Assembly: GCA_965662235.1 (NCBI GenBank)
Contig: CBFIGY010000004.1
Location: 28,363 to 92,362, forward strand
From: an uncultured bacterium
GTDB lineage: Bacteria > SAR324 > NAC60-12
DNA: 64,000 nt
Direction of reading: 5' to 3'
The position numbers were made by a program, and so were the translations under genes. The notes beneath the pieces were generated by a model. It was given only the letters and a program-made list of their open reading frames with translations. It was not told where the DNA came from and searched no databases. Shown one piece after another: positions 1-10,112 of this stretch. The stretch's first letter is position 1. Every line of letters starts with the position of its first letter.

Positions 1-2046
1 GCGGCTCCCCTGGCGGGGTTGCGGAAACAGCTCCTGCAGAGCTTCTTTGAGCCAAAGCCACTGGAGGACCTGACGCCGATGCTGGCGGCCAATGACACGC
101 GCCTGGAACGCCTGATGGCGCTGGAGGAACAGCTGCAGGAGGACCTGAAGCAGCAGGCCCGAGCAACGGAGGAGGCAGCCACCCAGTTCTGGTGGGGAAC
201 TGTGGCGTTGATCCTCTTGGTGGTCGTGGGCTTGCTGAGCGCCGGGAATGCACTGCTGCGCCGCTCCCGGAAGCGGGTGATGCAGGTGGTGGAGTGGGCA
301 CGTCTGGTGGCACAGGGAAAGCCGCTTCCGGAGATTCCAGAGGACCCGGATGATGAGTTCAGGGAGATCATTCAGGCGCTGAAGACCCTGGATCACAACC
401 TCCTGATGCTGTCGCAGCAGGCGGAGCAGATTTTGGCCGGAAACCTGAGCTTCCGGGTGCCCAGCCGCTCAGAGCAGGACCGGCTCGCTGAGACCCTCAA
501 TCAAATGGCCACGAGCCTACAGGCGACCTGGGAGAAGGTGCTGGAGGAAAAGGCCCAGGTGGATCGGATTTTGGAGTCCCTGAGCGACCCGCTGTTTGTC
601 GTGTCATCCGATTCCTACGTCACCCGCTGCAATCCGGCGGCGAAGCAACTCCTTGGGTATGAAGAGGGAGAGGTCCCAACGCTGTCCTTGGCAGAGCTGT
701 TCAGTCAGATGAAGAGCCTGGAGCAGCTGTCGGCCACCGACTTTCTCAAAACCAAGGACGGCCGACACATTCCGGTGCTGGTCTCTGCAGCGCAGATGCC
801 TCCGGGAAAACGTGAGGATCCGGAGCCTCAGGCAGCTGTGATTGTGGCCAAAGACGTTTCGGACCTTCGGGAGGCGCAACGCGAGCAGCTCAAGCTCCTG
901 CGGGCCCTAGAGCAGAGCCGGGCCTCGGTGGTCATTACCGACACCGACGGCATCATTGAGTACGTCAACCCCTACTTCTGTCAGATCTCAGGCTACTCTG
1001 CCGAAGAGGCCATTGGAGAGAATCCACGGGTGCTTCGTTCCGGGCACCACAGTGAGGACTACTACCGGGACCTCTGGGAGACCATTTCAGGTGGCGCGAC
1101 CTGGCGAGGCGAGCTGCACAACCGGCACAAGGAGGGGACCTTCTTTTGGGAGGATGCGACCATTACTCCGGTCCGGAACCGCGGAGGAGAGGTCATCAAC
1201 TACATCGCCATCAAGGAAGATATCACGCAGCGCAAGGCACTAGAAGAGGAGCTGAGCCAGTACCGGCAGCATCTGGAAGAACTGGTGGATGCCCGGACTG
1301 CAGAGCTCCAGCAGGCGCAGGAGCGGCTGATGCAGTCGGCCAAGCTCTCCTCACTGGCGGTGATGGGAACCGGAATGGCCCATGAGGTCAATCAACCATT
1401 GGCCTACATCAATGGGCTGCTGTTTGAACTGCAGGAGGATCTGGAAAACAACGAGTTGAAGCCGGATGCGGTGCTTCTGGAGCTGCAGGAGGCTCAGCGA
1501 CAGGTGCAGCGGATCAGCAAGATCCTGCAGCAACTCCGTTCCCTAGGACAGGAGCGGGGGCTGGAGTTTGCGCCCTGTGACCTTCCGGAGCTGTGGGAGG
1601 AGGCGGTTTCCCTGTCGCAGGGCCGGATTGCTGAGCTGCAGGTGGAGGTGCAGCGGACGTTTCCTGACGACTTGCCGCCAATTTCCGGAGACGCAATGCG
1701 GCTCATGCAGATGCTGCACGCGCTCATCCAGAACGCCCTGGACTCCATGGAATCAGCAACGGTCCGGACCCTCATGGTCACAGGACGGGCGCTGCCGACT
1801 TCCTGTGTGGAACTGGTGGTGCAGGACAGCGGCAGCGGCATTCCGGAAGCGGCGCTCCCGAAGGTCTTTGACCCGTTCTTCACGACCAAGGCGGTTGGAG
1901 AAGGGCAGGGGTTGGGCCTGGCGATGGCGTATGGCCTAGTCGCGAACCACCGGGGACAAATTGAGTGTCAGTCCACTGAAGGCGAAGGAACGCGCATCCT
2001 CATTCGCCTCCCCATCTCTCAAGAAGTCGACTTGCGCGAACGCTGA
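1..2046 (+). CDS. HAMP/PAS sensor histidine kinase (NtrB-like), 5'-truncated by window edge
   Basis: TM helix, HAMP segments, two PAS domains, H-box GMAHEVNQPL, N-box LIQNALD, G1 DSGSGI, F-box FDPFFTTK, G2 GQGLGL; frame is open from base 1. Confidence 0.93.
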   Translation, partial: AAPLAGLRKQLLQSFFEPKPLEDLTPMLAANDTRLERLMALEEQLQEDLKQQARATEEAATQFWWGTVALILLVVVGLLSAGNALLRRSRKRVMQVVEWARLVAQGKPLPEIPEDPDDEFREIIQALKTLDHNLLMLSQQAEQILAGNLSFRVPSRSEQDRLAETLNQMATSLQATWEKVLEEKAQVDRILESLSDPLFVVSSDSYVTRCNPAAKQLLGYEEGEVPTLSLAELFSQMKSLEQLSATDFLKTKDGRHIPVLVSAAQMPPGKREDPEPQAAVIVAKDVSDLREAQREQLKLLRALEQSRASVVITDTDGIIEYVNPYFCQISGYSAEEAIGENPRVLRSGHHSEDYYRDLWETISGGATWRGELHNRHKEGTFFWEDATITPVRNRGGEVINYIAIKEDITQRKALEEELSQYRQHLEELVDARTAELQQAQERLMQSAKLSSLAVMGTGMAHEVNQPLAYINGLLFELQEDLENNELKPDAVLLELQEAQRQVQRISKILQQLRSLGQERGLEFAPCDLPELWEEAVSLSQGRIAELQVEVQRTFPDDLPPISGDAMRLMQMLHALIQNALDSMESATVRTLMVTGRALPTSCVELVVQDSGSGIPEAALPKVFDPFFTTKAVGEGQGLGLAMAYGLVANHRGQIECQSTEGEGTRILIRLPISQEVDLRER

Positions 2047-2873
2047 GCCGGACGGGGTTCTGCCGCAACAGGATCTGGGAGCCAGAGCCGACCCACCCCA
2101 ATCCAAATCAAGGCCGCCAGTACCATGACCACACTGATGCCGTAGGGCGCTAGGATGATGGTGTCGCCAACGGTCAGGAATTGGTTGTCCATCCGGAAGG
2201 GCGTCAGGGCGGAGCGGATGACCGCGTACCCAATCAGGTACAGGGCCGAGAGCATCCCAGGACGGAAATTTCGGAGCCGGAGGCGCCAGAGCAGGACAAA
2301 GAGCACGGCGTTGGCCAGCGACTCATAGATCATTGTGGGGTGCACAGGTTGTCCCTGAGCGTAACGGTCCACCACGGTGCCTTCCGGAAAGACCACGCCG
2401 GTCCAGGCATCGGTGACCGGTCCGGCGGCCTCGCCGTTGGTAAAGTTTCCCCAGCGCCCAATGGCTTGCCCCTGAATGATGCAGAGGGTGGCAATGTCGA
2501 GCATCGCGGAGAGCGAGATGCGCTTCCAGCGGCAGTAGGCCAGCAACGACAGGGGGCCAAACACAATGGCGCCGTGAATCGCGAGCCCGCCTTCCCAAAC
2601 CGCGAAGACCTTCCACCACTCCTGATGGGCGTAGTAGTTGGGCCACTCCATGAACACCTCATAAGTCCGGCCTCCCAGCAGCCCTGCGAGGAAGATGAGG
2701 AGGGTGCAGTTCATGGCCTCATCCTCCGTCAGACCAATCCGGCGCCGGGTCACTTCATGCAGCACAATCTTGGAGCCGATCAGGACCGAGATGGCGTAAA
2801 ACAAACCATAAAAGCGGGGTTCAAGCGTGATGCCGAGGAAGGGGAGTTCTAGTGAGAAAAGGGTCGGAAACAT
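2019..2873 (-). CDS. lgt: Prolipoprotein diacylglyceryl transferase
   Basis: FYGL, GGR, WEGGLAIHG, QAIGRWGNFTNGE and HPTMIYES motifs; polytopic membrane protein. Confidence 0.96.
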   Translation of the reverse strand: MFPTLFSLELPFLGITLEPRFYGLFYAISVLIGSKIVLHEVTRRRIGLTEDEAMNCTLLIFLAGLLGGRTYEVFMEWPNYYAHQEWWKVFAVWEGGLAIHGAIVFGPLSLLAYCRWKRISLSAMLDIATLCIIQGQAIGRWGNFTNGEAAGPVTDAWTGVVFPEGTVVDRYAQGQPVHPTMIYESLANAVLFVLLWRLRLRNFRPGMLSALYLIGYAVIRSALTPFRMDNQFLTVGDTIILAPYGISVVMVLAALIWIGVGRLWLPDPVAAEPRPAQRSRKSTS

Positions 2874-3625
2874 CAGGAAGTTGGGGAAAGGGCCAAGGCG
2901 TTTGCCAGGACCGCTTTTTGGACAGAGATGTGTGAGCGGATGCCGGCGTCAGCAAGGTCGAGGAAGGCGTTAAGTTGTTCGCGACTGAAGGTCTTGCCCT
3001 CAGCGGTGCCCTGCAGTTCCACAAAGGTTCCGTCTTCCAGCATCACAACATTCATGTCCACTTCGGCATCGCGGTCCTCATCGTACTTCAGGTCCAGCAG
3101 TGGGGTGCCTGCCACGAGTCCCACGCTGATGGCGGCAAGGTGCTGCTGGATGGGGAAGGTGGGCAGCTGCCCCTTCGCCTGCAGGGCCCGCAGCGCCAGA
3201 ACGAGGGCGACAAAGGCGCCGGTGATGGAAGCGGTCCGGGTGCCGCCGTCGGCTTGAATGACGTCGCAGTCGATCCAGATGGCATGTGGCTTGAGCGCGT
3301 CTAGGTCGGTGACGGAGCGGAGGGACCGTCCGATCAGTCGCTGAATCTCCTGCGACCGACCGTCCACCTTACCGGTTTCCCGGCGTTTGCGGGTGCCGGT
3401 GGAGCGGGGGAGCATGCCGTATTCTGCCGTGACCCAGCCGTGTCGGGGTTGTCCATCCGGGCCACGGAGCCACGGAGGCGCGTCTCGCTCCACAGAGGCG
3501 GTGCAGATGACCTTGGTGAGACCACACTCGACGAGCACGGAGCCTTCAGCGTGGATGAGGTAGTCAGGGGTGATCGTCAGGGGACGCGCCTCGTGGGGCG
3601 TCCGGCCGTCGGTTCGTGCAGTCAT
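2873..3625 (-). CDS. rph: Ribonuclease PH
   Basis: [51 protein letters not shown]. Confidence 0.98.
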   Translation of the reverse strand: MTARTDGRTPHEARPLTITPDYLIHAEGSVLVECGLTKVICTASVERDAPPWLRGPDGQPRHGWVTAEYGMLPRSTGTRKRRETGKVDGRSQEIQRLIGRSLRSVTDLDALKPHAIWIDCDVIQADGGTRTASITGAFVALVLALRALQAKGQLPTFPIQQHLAAISVGLVAGTPLLDLKYDEDRDAEVDMNVVMLEDGTFVELQGTAEGKTFSREQLNAFLDLADAGIRSHISVQKAVLANALALSPTS

Positions 3626-5736
3626 GGAACGTGTCGTGAAAAAGGTTGGCCGGTGGAGGCGCCGGATTCGTAGTGGTTCTGCAGTGTCCGGATGCCCTTG
3701 CTGTCTCCGATGAGGGTCAGTCGGTCTCCTTCCCGGAGGGGGGTATTGCCCTGGGGAACCAGGGTGATGTTGCCGCGCCGGATGAGGGCCACCAGGCAGC
3801 CTTCCGGAAGCTGAACCTCACGCAACAAGCGACCAATGAGGTCGGAGGTTGCCGTGTTGGCCTGTAGCCTCAGCGAAAGGAAACGCTCGTTGCGGAGCAG
3901 AACCTCCTTGAGCTCTTGATCGGTGGCCGCATCCAGCCACTCTTCAAGGAAGTGCTCCTCATCGACCCGGTTTGCGACTTGGGCAAGGATGCGCAGGTGC
4001 TGCCCGGGGTTGTCACTTGGGCTGACAAAGAAGAAGAACGCGTGGATGGGACCCGTCTCCAGCAGCTCCCCACTGGGTCCAGGAGACTGAACAAAGGCGC
4101 CGGGACGGCAACGGACCATGACCATTTCGGCCTGTTCCAGTCCGGGGCGCCGGGCATGAGGCAGAGCCGCTCCTCCGGCGATGGGGGTGGCGCCAATGCG
4201 GCTTCCCTCCAGAAACTCCCGGAGCAGCTCCGTTTCTGAAAGGTTGAGGCGGAAGGCCAGGTTCTGTGCCGCCCGCTGGGCGAGGTCCTCAAAGGACTCA
4301 CTGGCAGCACGGTCCAGGACGGCAGCCCGGGCGACCACTTCGTCAAAGGGGTCTTCCAGCCGAGCGCCCTTTTCCTTCATGATGCCCCGGAGCTCACGGT
4401 CTAGGCCCACGTCCCGGAACTCACCAAGACGCGCAAACAGGTGGTAGATGGCCCCGGTCCGGATGACCTGCTTACGGGCATAGGCGACGTACCACACGAC
4501 GCCAGTGGCAATGAGGGCTAAGGTGAAGAGGATGGGCAGCAGGCCCATCTCTGCAATGAGCACCAGCGGCGCGAAGGCCCCAAAGATCTGCATCCAGGGA
4601 TACAGCGGTGACCGGTATCCGGCGTCATACGACTCCAGCCCACTCTCACGCATGACGACCACGGCGAGGCACAGCAGGGAGAACATCAGGAGCTGAAAGG
4701 CGCTGGCGAGTTTGGCGATCTTGGTCACATCAAACATCCAGATCATGGCAATGATCGCCAGAACCGTCACCCAGATGCCAACGATGGGAGCCCCGGAACG
4801 TCCCACCCGAGCAAATCGCCGGGGCAGAAGGTGGTCCCGACTCATCGCCAGCGGGTAGCGGGACGCGCTGAGGATGCCGGCGTTGGCCACCGAAGAGAAC
4901 GCAAGAAGCGCGGCAAAGGTGAGCAGAATCTTCCCCGGGGGTCCAAACAGCACCTCTGCAGCCGAAGCCACGGGAGTGAGGTCGTTCTGCAGCTCCTCTC
5001 CCGGCAAGAGCCCAACAATCACCACAGCGCCGACGCCATACACGGTCAAAGCGGTGCCGATGGCGAGGAAGATGCCGAGGGGGAGGTTCCGTTCAGGATT
5101 ACGGATTTCTTCAGAGACGCTGGCGATCTTGGTGACGCCGACGTAACTGACGTACACGAGCCCGGCGGTGGAGAAGATGGCCAGGGTTCCTTTGTCAAAG
5201 AAGCCCTCGAAGCGTTGCGGCTCCACCTTGGGAACGCCACTGCCGAGGAAGAGGAACAGAATGGTCAGGAGTCCGGCCACCATCCACACCTGCAGGGAGC
5301 CACTTTTCTTGGAGCCAAAGAGGTTCATGACCCCAAAGGCGAGGGCCAGAACCGTGGCCACCAGCAGGGTCGGCAGCTCCGGCCAGAAGATGCTCAGGTA
5401 GGCGCCAATGCCAATCAGCGAGAACGCGGTCTTGAGATTGAGCGCAAACCAGGTTCCCAGTCCACCGATGGTGCCGACGAGCGGACCCAGGCTTCGGTCG
5501 AGGAAGTAGTACGCCCCACCGGCCCGGGGCATTGCCGTGGAGAGCTCAACCACACTGAACATTGCCGGGATCAGGGGGATCGCCGCAATCAGGTAGCTCA
5601 GGATCATGGCCGGACCCGCCTCCCGGAAGGCAATGCCCGGCAGCAGAAAGAATCCGGCACTCAGGGTGGTGCCCGTCGCAATGGCATAGACGTTCAGGAG
5701 CGAAAGCTCCTTCCGCATGGATCCACGATCACTCAT
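3622..5736 (-). CDS. APC-family amino acid permease fused to PTS EIIA(Ntr/Fru-like) and TrkA-C (RCK_C) domains
   Basis: About 12 TM N-terminus with [13 protein letters not shown] and [11 protein letters not shown]; then GAALPHAR and HLRILAQVA (EIIA); C-terminal [24 protein letters not shown] (RCK_C). Confidence 0.88.
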   Translation of the reverse strand: MSDRGSMRKELSLLNVYAIATGTTLSAGFFLLPGIAFREAGPAMILSYLIAAIPLIPAMFSVVELSTAMPRAGGAYYFLDRSLGPLVGTIGGLGTWFALNLKTAFSLIGIGAYLSIFWPELPTLLVATVLALAFGVMNLFGSKKSGSLQVWMVAGLLTILFLFLGSGVPKVEPQRFEGFFDKGTLAIFSTAGLVYVSYVGVTKIASVSEEIRNPERNLPLGIFLAIGTALTVYGVGAVVIVGLLPGEELQNDLTPVASAAEVLFGPPGKILLTFAALLAFSSVANAGILSASRYPLAMSRDHLLPRRFARVGRSGAPIVGIWVTVLAIIAMIWMFDVTKIAKLASAFQLLMFSLLCLAVVVMRESGLESYDAGYRSPLYPWMQIFGAFAPLVLIAEMGLLPILFTLALIATGVVWYVAYARKQVIRTGAIYHLFARLGEFRDVGLDRELRGIMKEKGARLEDPFDEVVARAAVLDRAASESFEDLAQRAAQNLAFRLNLSETELLREFLEGSRIGATPIAGGAALPHARRPGLEQAEMVMVRCRPGAFVQSPGPSGELLETGPIHAFFFFVSPSDNPGQHLRILAQVANRVDEEHFLEEWLDAATDQELKEVLLRNERFLSLRLQANTATSDLIGRLLREVQLPEGCLVALIRRGNITLVPQGNTPLREGDRLTLIGDSKGIRTLQNHYESGASTGQPFSRHVP

Positions 5737-5742
5737 CAGGCC

Positions 5743-6402
5743 TCATTCATTCCGAATGACTTCCATGTCTGCACCGACCTCAAAGTGGAACGCTTCATCC
5801 GGAAGCATCACTCCACGGTCGACCTCGGACAGGCGAATTTCCCGGACGTTGCCCTGCAGGTCGGCAATGGCCAGGGCCTGCAGCTCCAGGGTTTCAGAGT
5901 TCACTTCCAGTTGCATCAGTTCCAGGTTGGCCAGAGGCTCCCGAGGCTTCAGTTCCACAACAAGGCCCCGCTCTTGGGTGAAGAGGGTCTGGCTGACTTC
6001 CTGCGCCTGAAAGTCCTGCCCCAGGTCTCCCAGTCCCAGAAGGAACGAAAGCGCGGTGCCGGTGGCCACAGCGTTCAGGGGCTGGATGGTGACGTTTTCC
6101 AGCAGCGGGTCATAGAGCCAAAGGGTGTCGCCATCGGTCACAATCAGCTGCTCCTCCGGAGTCTCATACTGCCACCGCATCTTCCCACGCTTGTACTGAA
6201 GGACCCCTTCGGCCTGCCGAGGCTCACTGCCGGTCCGCCGGTCCCGTTGGGCAAAGTGTGCCGTGAAACTGGAGGTTTCTAGGTAGCGTTGCTGAATGCC
6301 CTGCAGCAGGTCTTCAGCGCTTTGCTGGGCAGCCAGCGAAAGGGGCAGCAGCAGGAGCCCGAGCGTCAGCAGGGGCTTAACGAGCTTGACGAAAGAAATC
6401 AC
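5743..6402 (-). CDS. lolA: Outer-membrane lipoprotein carrier protein LolA
   Basis: Signal peptide; AHFAQ, GKMRWQYETPEEQLIVTDGDTLWLYDP; C-terminal FHFEV. Confidence 0.9.
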   Translation of the reverse strand: MISFVKLVKPLLTLGLLLLPLSLAAQQSAEDLLQGIQQRYLETSSFTAHFAQRDRRTGSEPRQAEGVLQYKRGKMRWQYETPEEQLIVTDGDTLWLYDPLLENVTIQPLNAVATGTALSFLLGLGDLGQDFQAQEVSQTLFTQERGLVVELKPREPLANLELMQLEVNSETLELQALAIADLQGNVREIRLSEVDRGVMLPDEAFHFEVGADMEVIRNE

Positions 6403-7480
6403 GGACAGTCTCCAAGAAAGAACGAGAATTTTGATCGATTTTCATCAATTGATACAAGCCAAAGAGCGAAATCGCAATGGGCGGCAGCCAGAGGGTGTGG
6501 GGGGTCTGCCTCATTCCGGAAACCAGCTCCTTGGAGCCCAGCCAGAGGATGTAGTGTCCTAGCACCAGAATCAGGGCCCGGAGGTAGGCGCCGGTGCGGC
6601 CGTGCCGGGGGTTGCTGACCCCGAGGGGCACCATTGCCAGAGCAAAGGCAAAGCAGGCCCAGGGCGTGGTCAGGCGGAGCAACAGCTCCATCTGACTGGA
6701 GGCATTGGACTGCTGAAGCAGCTGAGCGGTGGGGACGCCCCAGATGTGTCCGTTTTGTTCCGCGGCATCAATCTGCGGAGGACGGAAGGAGTAGCGGAAC
6801 GTCTCAAAGTCGATCATCCGGTACGCCCCTGCGGCGCCTTCAAGGTGGATGGTCCCCTGAGCGAGGTTCAGGGAAAGGCCCTGCTCCTTTTCGTCAATTT
6901 CCACCCGCCCAGTCTCTGCGACCGTGACCATGGATTCGGCCGTGAGGTCCCGGTCGGCAATGAAGACGCCGGCAAGCTGGTCGTCCTCCGTCCGTTCCTG
7001 AACGTACAGAACCTTCCCAGGGAAGTCGTAGCTGAGGATCTTGGGCTGAATGGTCCGGGCGGTCTGGCTTTTGAGGATCCGGAGCTTCTCCGCCTCGAAC
7101 GCGGCATACCCGGCGGGTTGGAGCCAAAGGGTGATCACCAGGGCGATGCTGGTGGTGAGCAGGCCAAAGGCAAAGATGGGCTGTCCAATCCGCCAGAGGC
7201 TGTATCCGGACGCCTTGAGGGCCGTGAGTTCGAGGTCGGCCGACAGCCGGACAATCAGCAACGACACCGAGACCACAATGGCCAGCGGCAGGGTCACCGA
7301 AAGGAACTGAGGCAGACGGTAGAGCAGCATCAGCACCACGCTTCCCACCCCCACCCCACGCTCCACAATCAGGTTGATGAGCCGGTAGACCGTGTCGATG
7401 GACAGAATAAAGGTCAGCACCCCGGTCGAGAGTAAAAAAGCCGGCAGGAGCTGAAGGAACAGCGATCGGAACAGGAGCAT
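6377..7480 (-). CDS. lptF: LPS export ABC permease, LptF/LptG family
   Basis: 3 TM + periplasmic domain + 3 TM; RLSADLELTALKASGYS motif; ATG 7480 chosen as start. Confidence 0.85.
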   Translation of the reverse strand: MLLFRSLFLQLLPAFLLSTGVLTFILSIDTVYRLINLIVERGVGVGSVVLMLLYRLPQFLSVTLPLAIVVSVSLLIVRLSADLELTALKASGYSLWRIGQPIFAFGLLTTSIALVITLWLQPAGYAAFEAEKLRILKSQTARTIQPKILSYDFPGKVLYVQERTEDDQLAGVFIADRDLTAESMVTVAETGRVEIDEKEQGLSLNLAQGTIHLEGAAGAYRMIDFETFRYSFRPPQIDAAEQNGHIWGVPTAQLLQQSNASSQMELLLRLTTPWACFAFALAMVPLGVSNPRHGRTGAYLRALILVLGHYILWLGSKELVSGMRQTPHTLWLPPIAISLFGLYQLMKIDQNSRSFLETVRDFFRQAR

Positions 7481-7604
7481 GCTGAGTATTGGAGGCAATG
7501 AGCCGGAAGGCACTTAGAATCTGCCCCCTATCGTAGCGATTCCTGGGCATTCCAGCAATGCGCGAATGCGTCCGGAGGCACAAACCCGGCTTTGTTTCCG
7601 AGGC

Positions 7605-7633
7605 TTGCGCAAAGTCAGGCAAGTGATTATGAT
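7605..7633 (+). promoter_or_regulatory. Putative sigma70 promoter for the exonuclease-recJ-S41 operon
   Basis: TTGCGC-N17-TATGAT in the divergent intergenic region. Confidence 0.55.
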
Positions 7634-7790
7634 GAGTTGCGTTTTTGCCTAGGTTCTGTCCAACTCAGGCCAAAACGGTTTTCCAGACTGACAACGAGAG
7701 CTTCCTGCCAAGACTGATACCCAGGAGGAGTCCCGCTTTTCCGGCGCCTCTCCCTCCTTTGCCTTCACCACCTCAAATCTGAGGCTACTG

Positions 7791-8432
7791 TTGCCAACAA
7801 CCTTTCCTGCACCACCTCCCCCCCCGTACCCGGAGCGGATTGCCAAAGAAGAGCTTCAGGACCTCCCTGTGGCGGCCTTTCCTGGAAACATCCACATCAT
7901 TGAGTCACCTGAACAGGTTGCTGAGGCCGTCCGGAAGATGCGGTACGAGCGACGGCTGGGATTTGACACGGAGACACGGCCGGCCTTCCAGCGTGGAGAG
8001 TCCTACCCTGTGGCGCTGCTGCAGCTGTCGACCGTCACAGACGCGTTTCTCTTTCGCCTCAACACCCTTGGGCTTCCTGAAGAAGTGATCGACGTGTTGG
8101 CAGATCCGCAGATTCTGAAGGTCGGAGTCGCTATTCGAGACGACATCCGGACGTTGCAGAAGCTGAAGATGTTCCAACCGCAAGGGTTTGTGGAATTGGC
8201 AGAGATTGCAGAGAGCATGAAGATTGTCACCCGGGGCCTCCGGAACCTTGCCGCCATCTGGCTGGGGGTCCGCATCTCCAAAAAGGCACAGCTCTCCAAC
8301 TGGGAGAAGCCTGACCTAGACGAGTCGCAGCGCAGCTATGCGGCCACAGACGCTTGGATCTGCCTGCAGATGTACCGAACCCTCTCGCAGCGCAACCTCC
8401 TGCCCCGAGAGTTCCGTCAGAAGAGCCTCTGA
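7791..8432 (+). CDS. DEDDy 3'-5' exonuclease (RNase D/WRN-like domain)
   Basis: GFDTET, LLQLST, KVGVAIRDD, SNWE, YAATDAW motifs. Confidence 0.92.
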   Translation: MPTTFPAPPPPPYPERIAKEELQDLPVAAFPGNIHIIESPEQVAEAVRKMRYERRLGFDTETRPAFQRGESYPVALLQLSTVTDAFLFRLNTLGLPEEVIDVLADPQILKVGVAIRDDIRTLQKLKMFQPQGFVELAEIAESMKIVTRGLRNLAAIWLGVRISKKAQLSNWEKPDLDESQRSYAATDAWICLQMYRTLSQRNLLPREFRQKSL

Positions 8433-10111
8433 TGCGCAAGGAGTGGGTGCTTCCGGACAAGCAGGACGACCGCCAGGTTCAGGAACTGATGAAGGCGCAT
8501 CAGCTGAACGCGCTGGTAGCCGAACTGCTGGTCCGCCGAGGGTACGCGTCTCCGGAAGACGCCGGACGCTTCCTCTCTCCTGATTTTTCGGAGCTGCATG
8601 ATCCGTTGCTGATGCGGCACATGCCTGAAGCCGTGCAGCTGCTCCGGGACGCCCTTCACCAGCAAAAACGGGTGGTCATTCTGGGAGACTACGATGTGGA
8701 CGGCGTCACCGGAACGGCGCTGCTGCTCGACTTCTTCCAGTCCTGTGGCTTCCAAGACCTCGGGTTCTTCATTCCCAACCGAGTGGACCACGGCTATGGC
8801 CTGACGCCCGCAAGCGCAGCAGAGGTGGCCGCCATGAAGCCGGACCTGGTGGTCACGGTGGACAACGGCATCACCGCGGGTCCGGAGACAGCCGACCTAG
8901 AGGCCCAGGGCATGACCGTCTTGGTCACCGATCACCACCTGGCCGATCCGCAGAAGCTTCCTCAGGGGCTGGTCCTCAACCCCAATCACCCGCAGTGCGA
9001 TTACCCCTTCAAGAAGATCTCCGGATGTGGTGTGGCCCTGAAGCTTGCCATGGCGCTGCGTCGCGCCTTGCGGGAAGAGGGCTGGTGGAACGCGGACCGT
9101 CCGGAACCCAACCTGCGCCTGTTGCTGGACCTGGCCGCCTTGGGAACCGTCGCCGATGTGGTTCCCCTCGTGGATGAAAACCGGGTGATGGTGCACCATG
9201 GCCTCAAGGTTCTCAATGAAGGACACCGGCTCGCCTTCCGGGTGCTGCAGCGTCTCAAGCAGGTGCCTGTTGTGACAGCGCAGACGCTGGGGTGGAAGTA
9301 TGGACCGCTTATCAATGCCGTGGGGCGCCTCCAAGATGCCGCTCCTGCTGTACACCTGCTGCTGAGCGCTGATGAAGACGAAGCCTTGGGGCTGGCAGAG
9401 GAGCTGGATGCGATCAACCTCCAGCGTCGCGAGCTGGGAGACGAGATGCTTGAGGCCGCCATGCAGATGGCATCGGGACAGCGCAACCAGCGAGGCGTGG
9501 TGGTCTTTCACCCGGAGTTCCATGAAGGCGTCAATGGCATTGTTGCTGCCCGGTTGGTGGAACGTTTGCACAAACCCGTGGTCGTCTTCAGCGAAAGCAA
9601 CGGGCTGCTCAAAGGGTCCGGGCGCTCCATTCCGGAACTGCACCTCAAAGACGCGTTTGACGCCTGTGCCGAACACCTGGCGCGCTACGGAGGACATGCT
9701 GCCGCAGCAGGGTGCTCGGTGCATCCGGATCAGCTGGAAGCGTTTCAGGCCCAGTTTGCTGAGGTCTGTGCCCGTCGGCTTCCCCATCAACTGACACCCA
9801 AGCTGGAACTTGATGGCCGGGTGGATCCGGGACAGCTGTCCCTTGGACTGGTGCAGCAGCTTCAGCGCCTAGAGCCCTTTGGCGCCGCCAATCCGGAACC
9901 CCTCTTTGCCTGCCCAACTCCAACCGTACCGTTTCAGACACTCAAGGAAAAGCACGTCAAGTGGCAACTCGGAGAGAGTGTGGAGATGATCGGTTGGAAC
10001 CTCGCAGAGCCCATGGAACACGCCCTTCCCGATCAATTGGCGGTCACGTTGGGGATCAATGAATTCCGAGGGCGCCGCAAGGTGCAACTGATGATTCGAG
10101 AGGCTGTTTAA
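8432..10111 (+). CDS. recJ: Single-stranded-DNA exonuclease RecJ
   Basis: GDYDVDG, TVDNG, TDHH, LGTVADVV, GSGRS, GGHAAAAG, LEPFG; ATG overlaps upstream TGA. Confidence 0.97.
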   Translation: MRKEWVLPDKQDDRQVQELMKAHQLNALVAELLVRRGYASPEDAGRFLSPDFSELHDPLLMRHMPEAVQLLRDALHQQKRVVILGDYDVDGVTGTALLLDFFQSCGFQDLGFFIPNRVDHGYGLTPASAAEVAAMKPDLVVTVDNGITAGPETADLEAQGMTVLVTDHHLADPQKLPQGLVLNPNHPQCDYPFKKISGCGVALKLAMALRRALREEGWWNADRPEPNLRLLLDLAALGTVADVVPLVDENRVMVHHGLKVLNEGHRLAFRVLQRLKQVPVVTAQTLGWKYGPLINAVGRLQDAAPAVHLLLSADEDEALGLAEELDAINLQRRELGDEMLEAAMQMASGQRNQRGVVVFHPEFHEGVNGIVAARLVERLHKPVVVFSESNGLLKGSGRSIPELHLKDAFDACAEHLARYGGHAAAAGCSVHPDQLEAFQAQFAEVCARRLPHQLTPKLELDGRVDPGQLSLGLVQQLQRLEPFGAANPEPLFACPTPTVPFQTLKEKHVKWQLGESVEMIGWNLAEPMEHALPDQLAVTLGINEFRGRRKVQLMIREAV

Positions 10112-10112
10112 G

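Noticed and set aside
4831..6282. 483-aa plus-strand ORF and similar long antisense ORFs (16788-17846, 22855-23973, 24148-25290, 25498-26481, 53682-54572)
   Set aside because: Each lies opposite a gene with clear family motifs; typical of high-GC DNA
907..9872. CTAG often in CCTAG/CTAGG context (907, 1543, 1936, 8316, 8897, 9869), suggesting 5mC deamination at CCWGG
   Set aside because: CTAG does not exceed base-composition expectation and the flanks may reflect codon context; needs a genome-wide count
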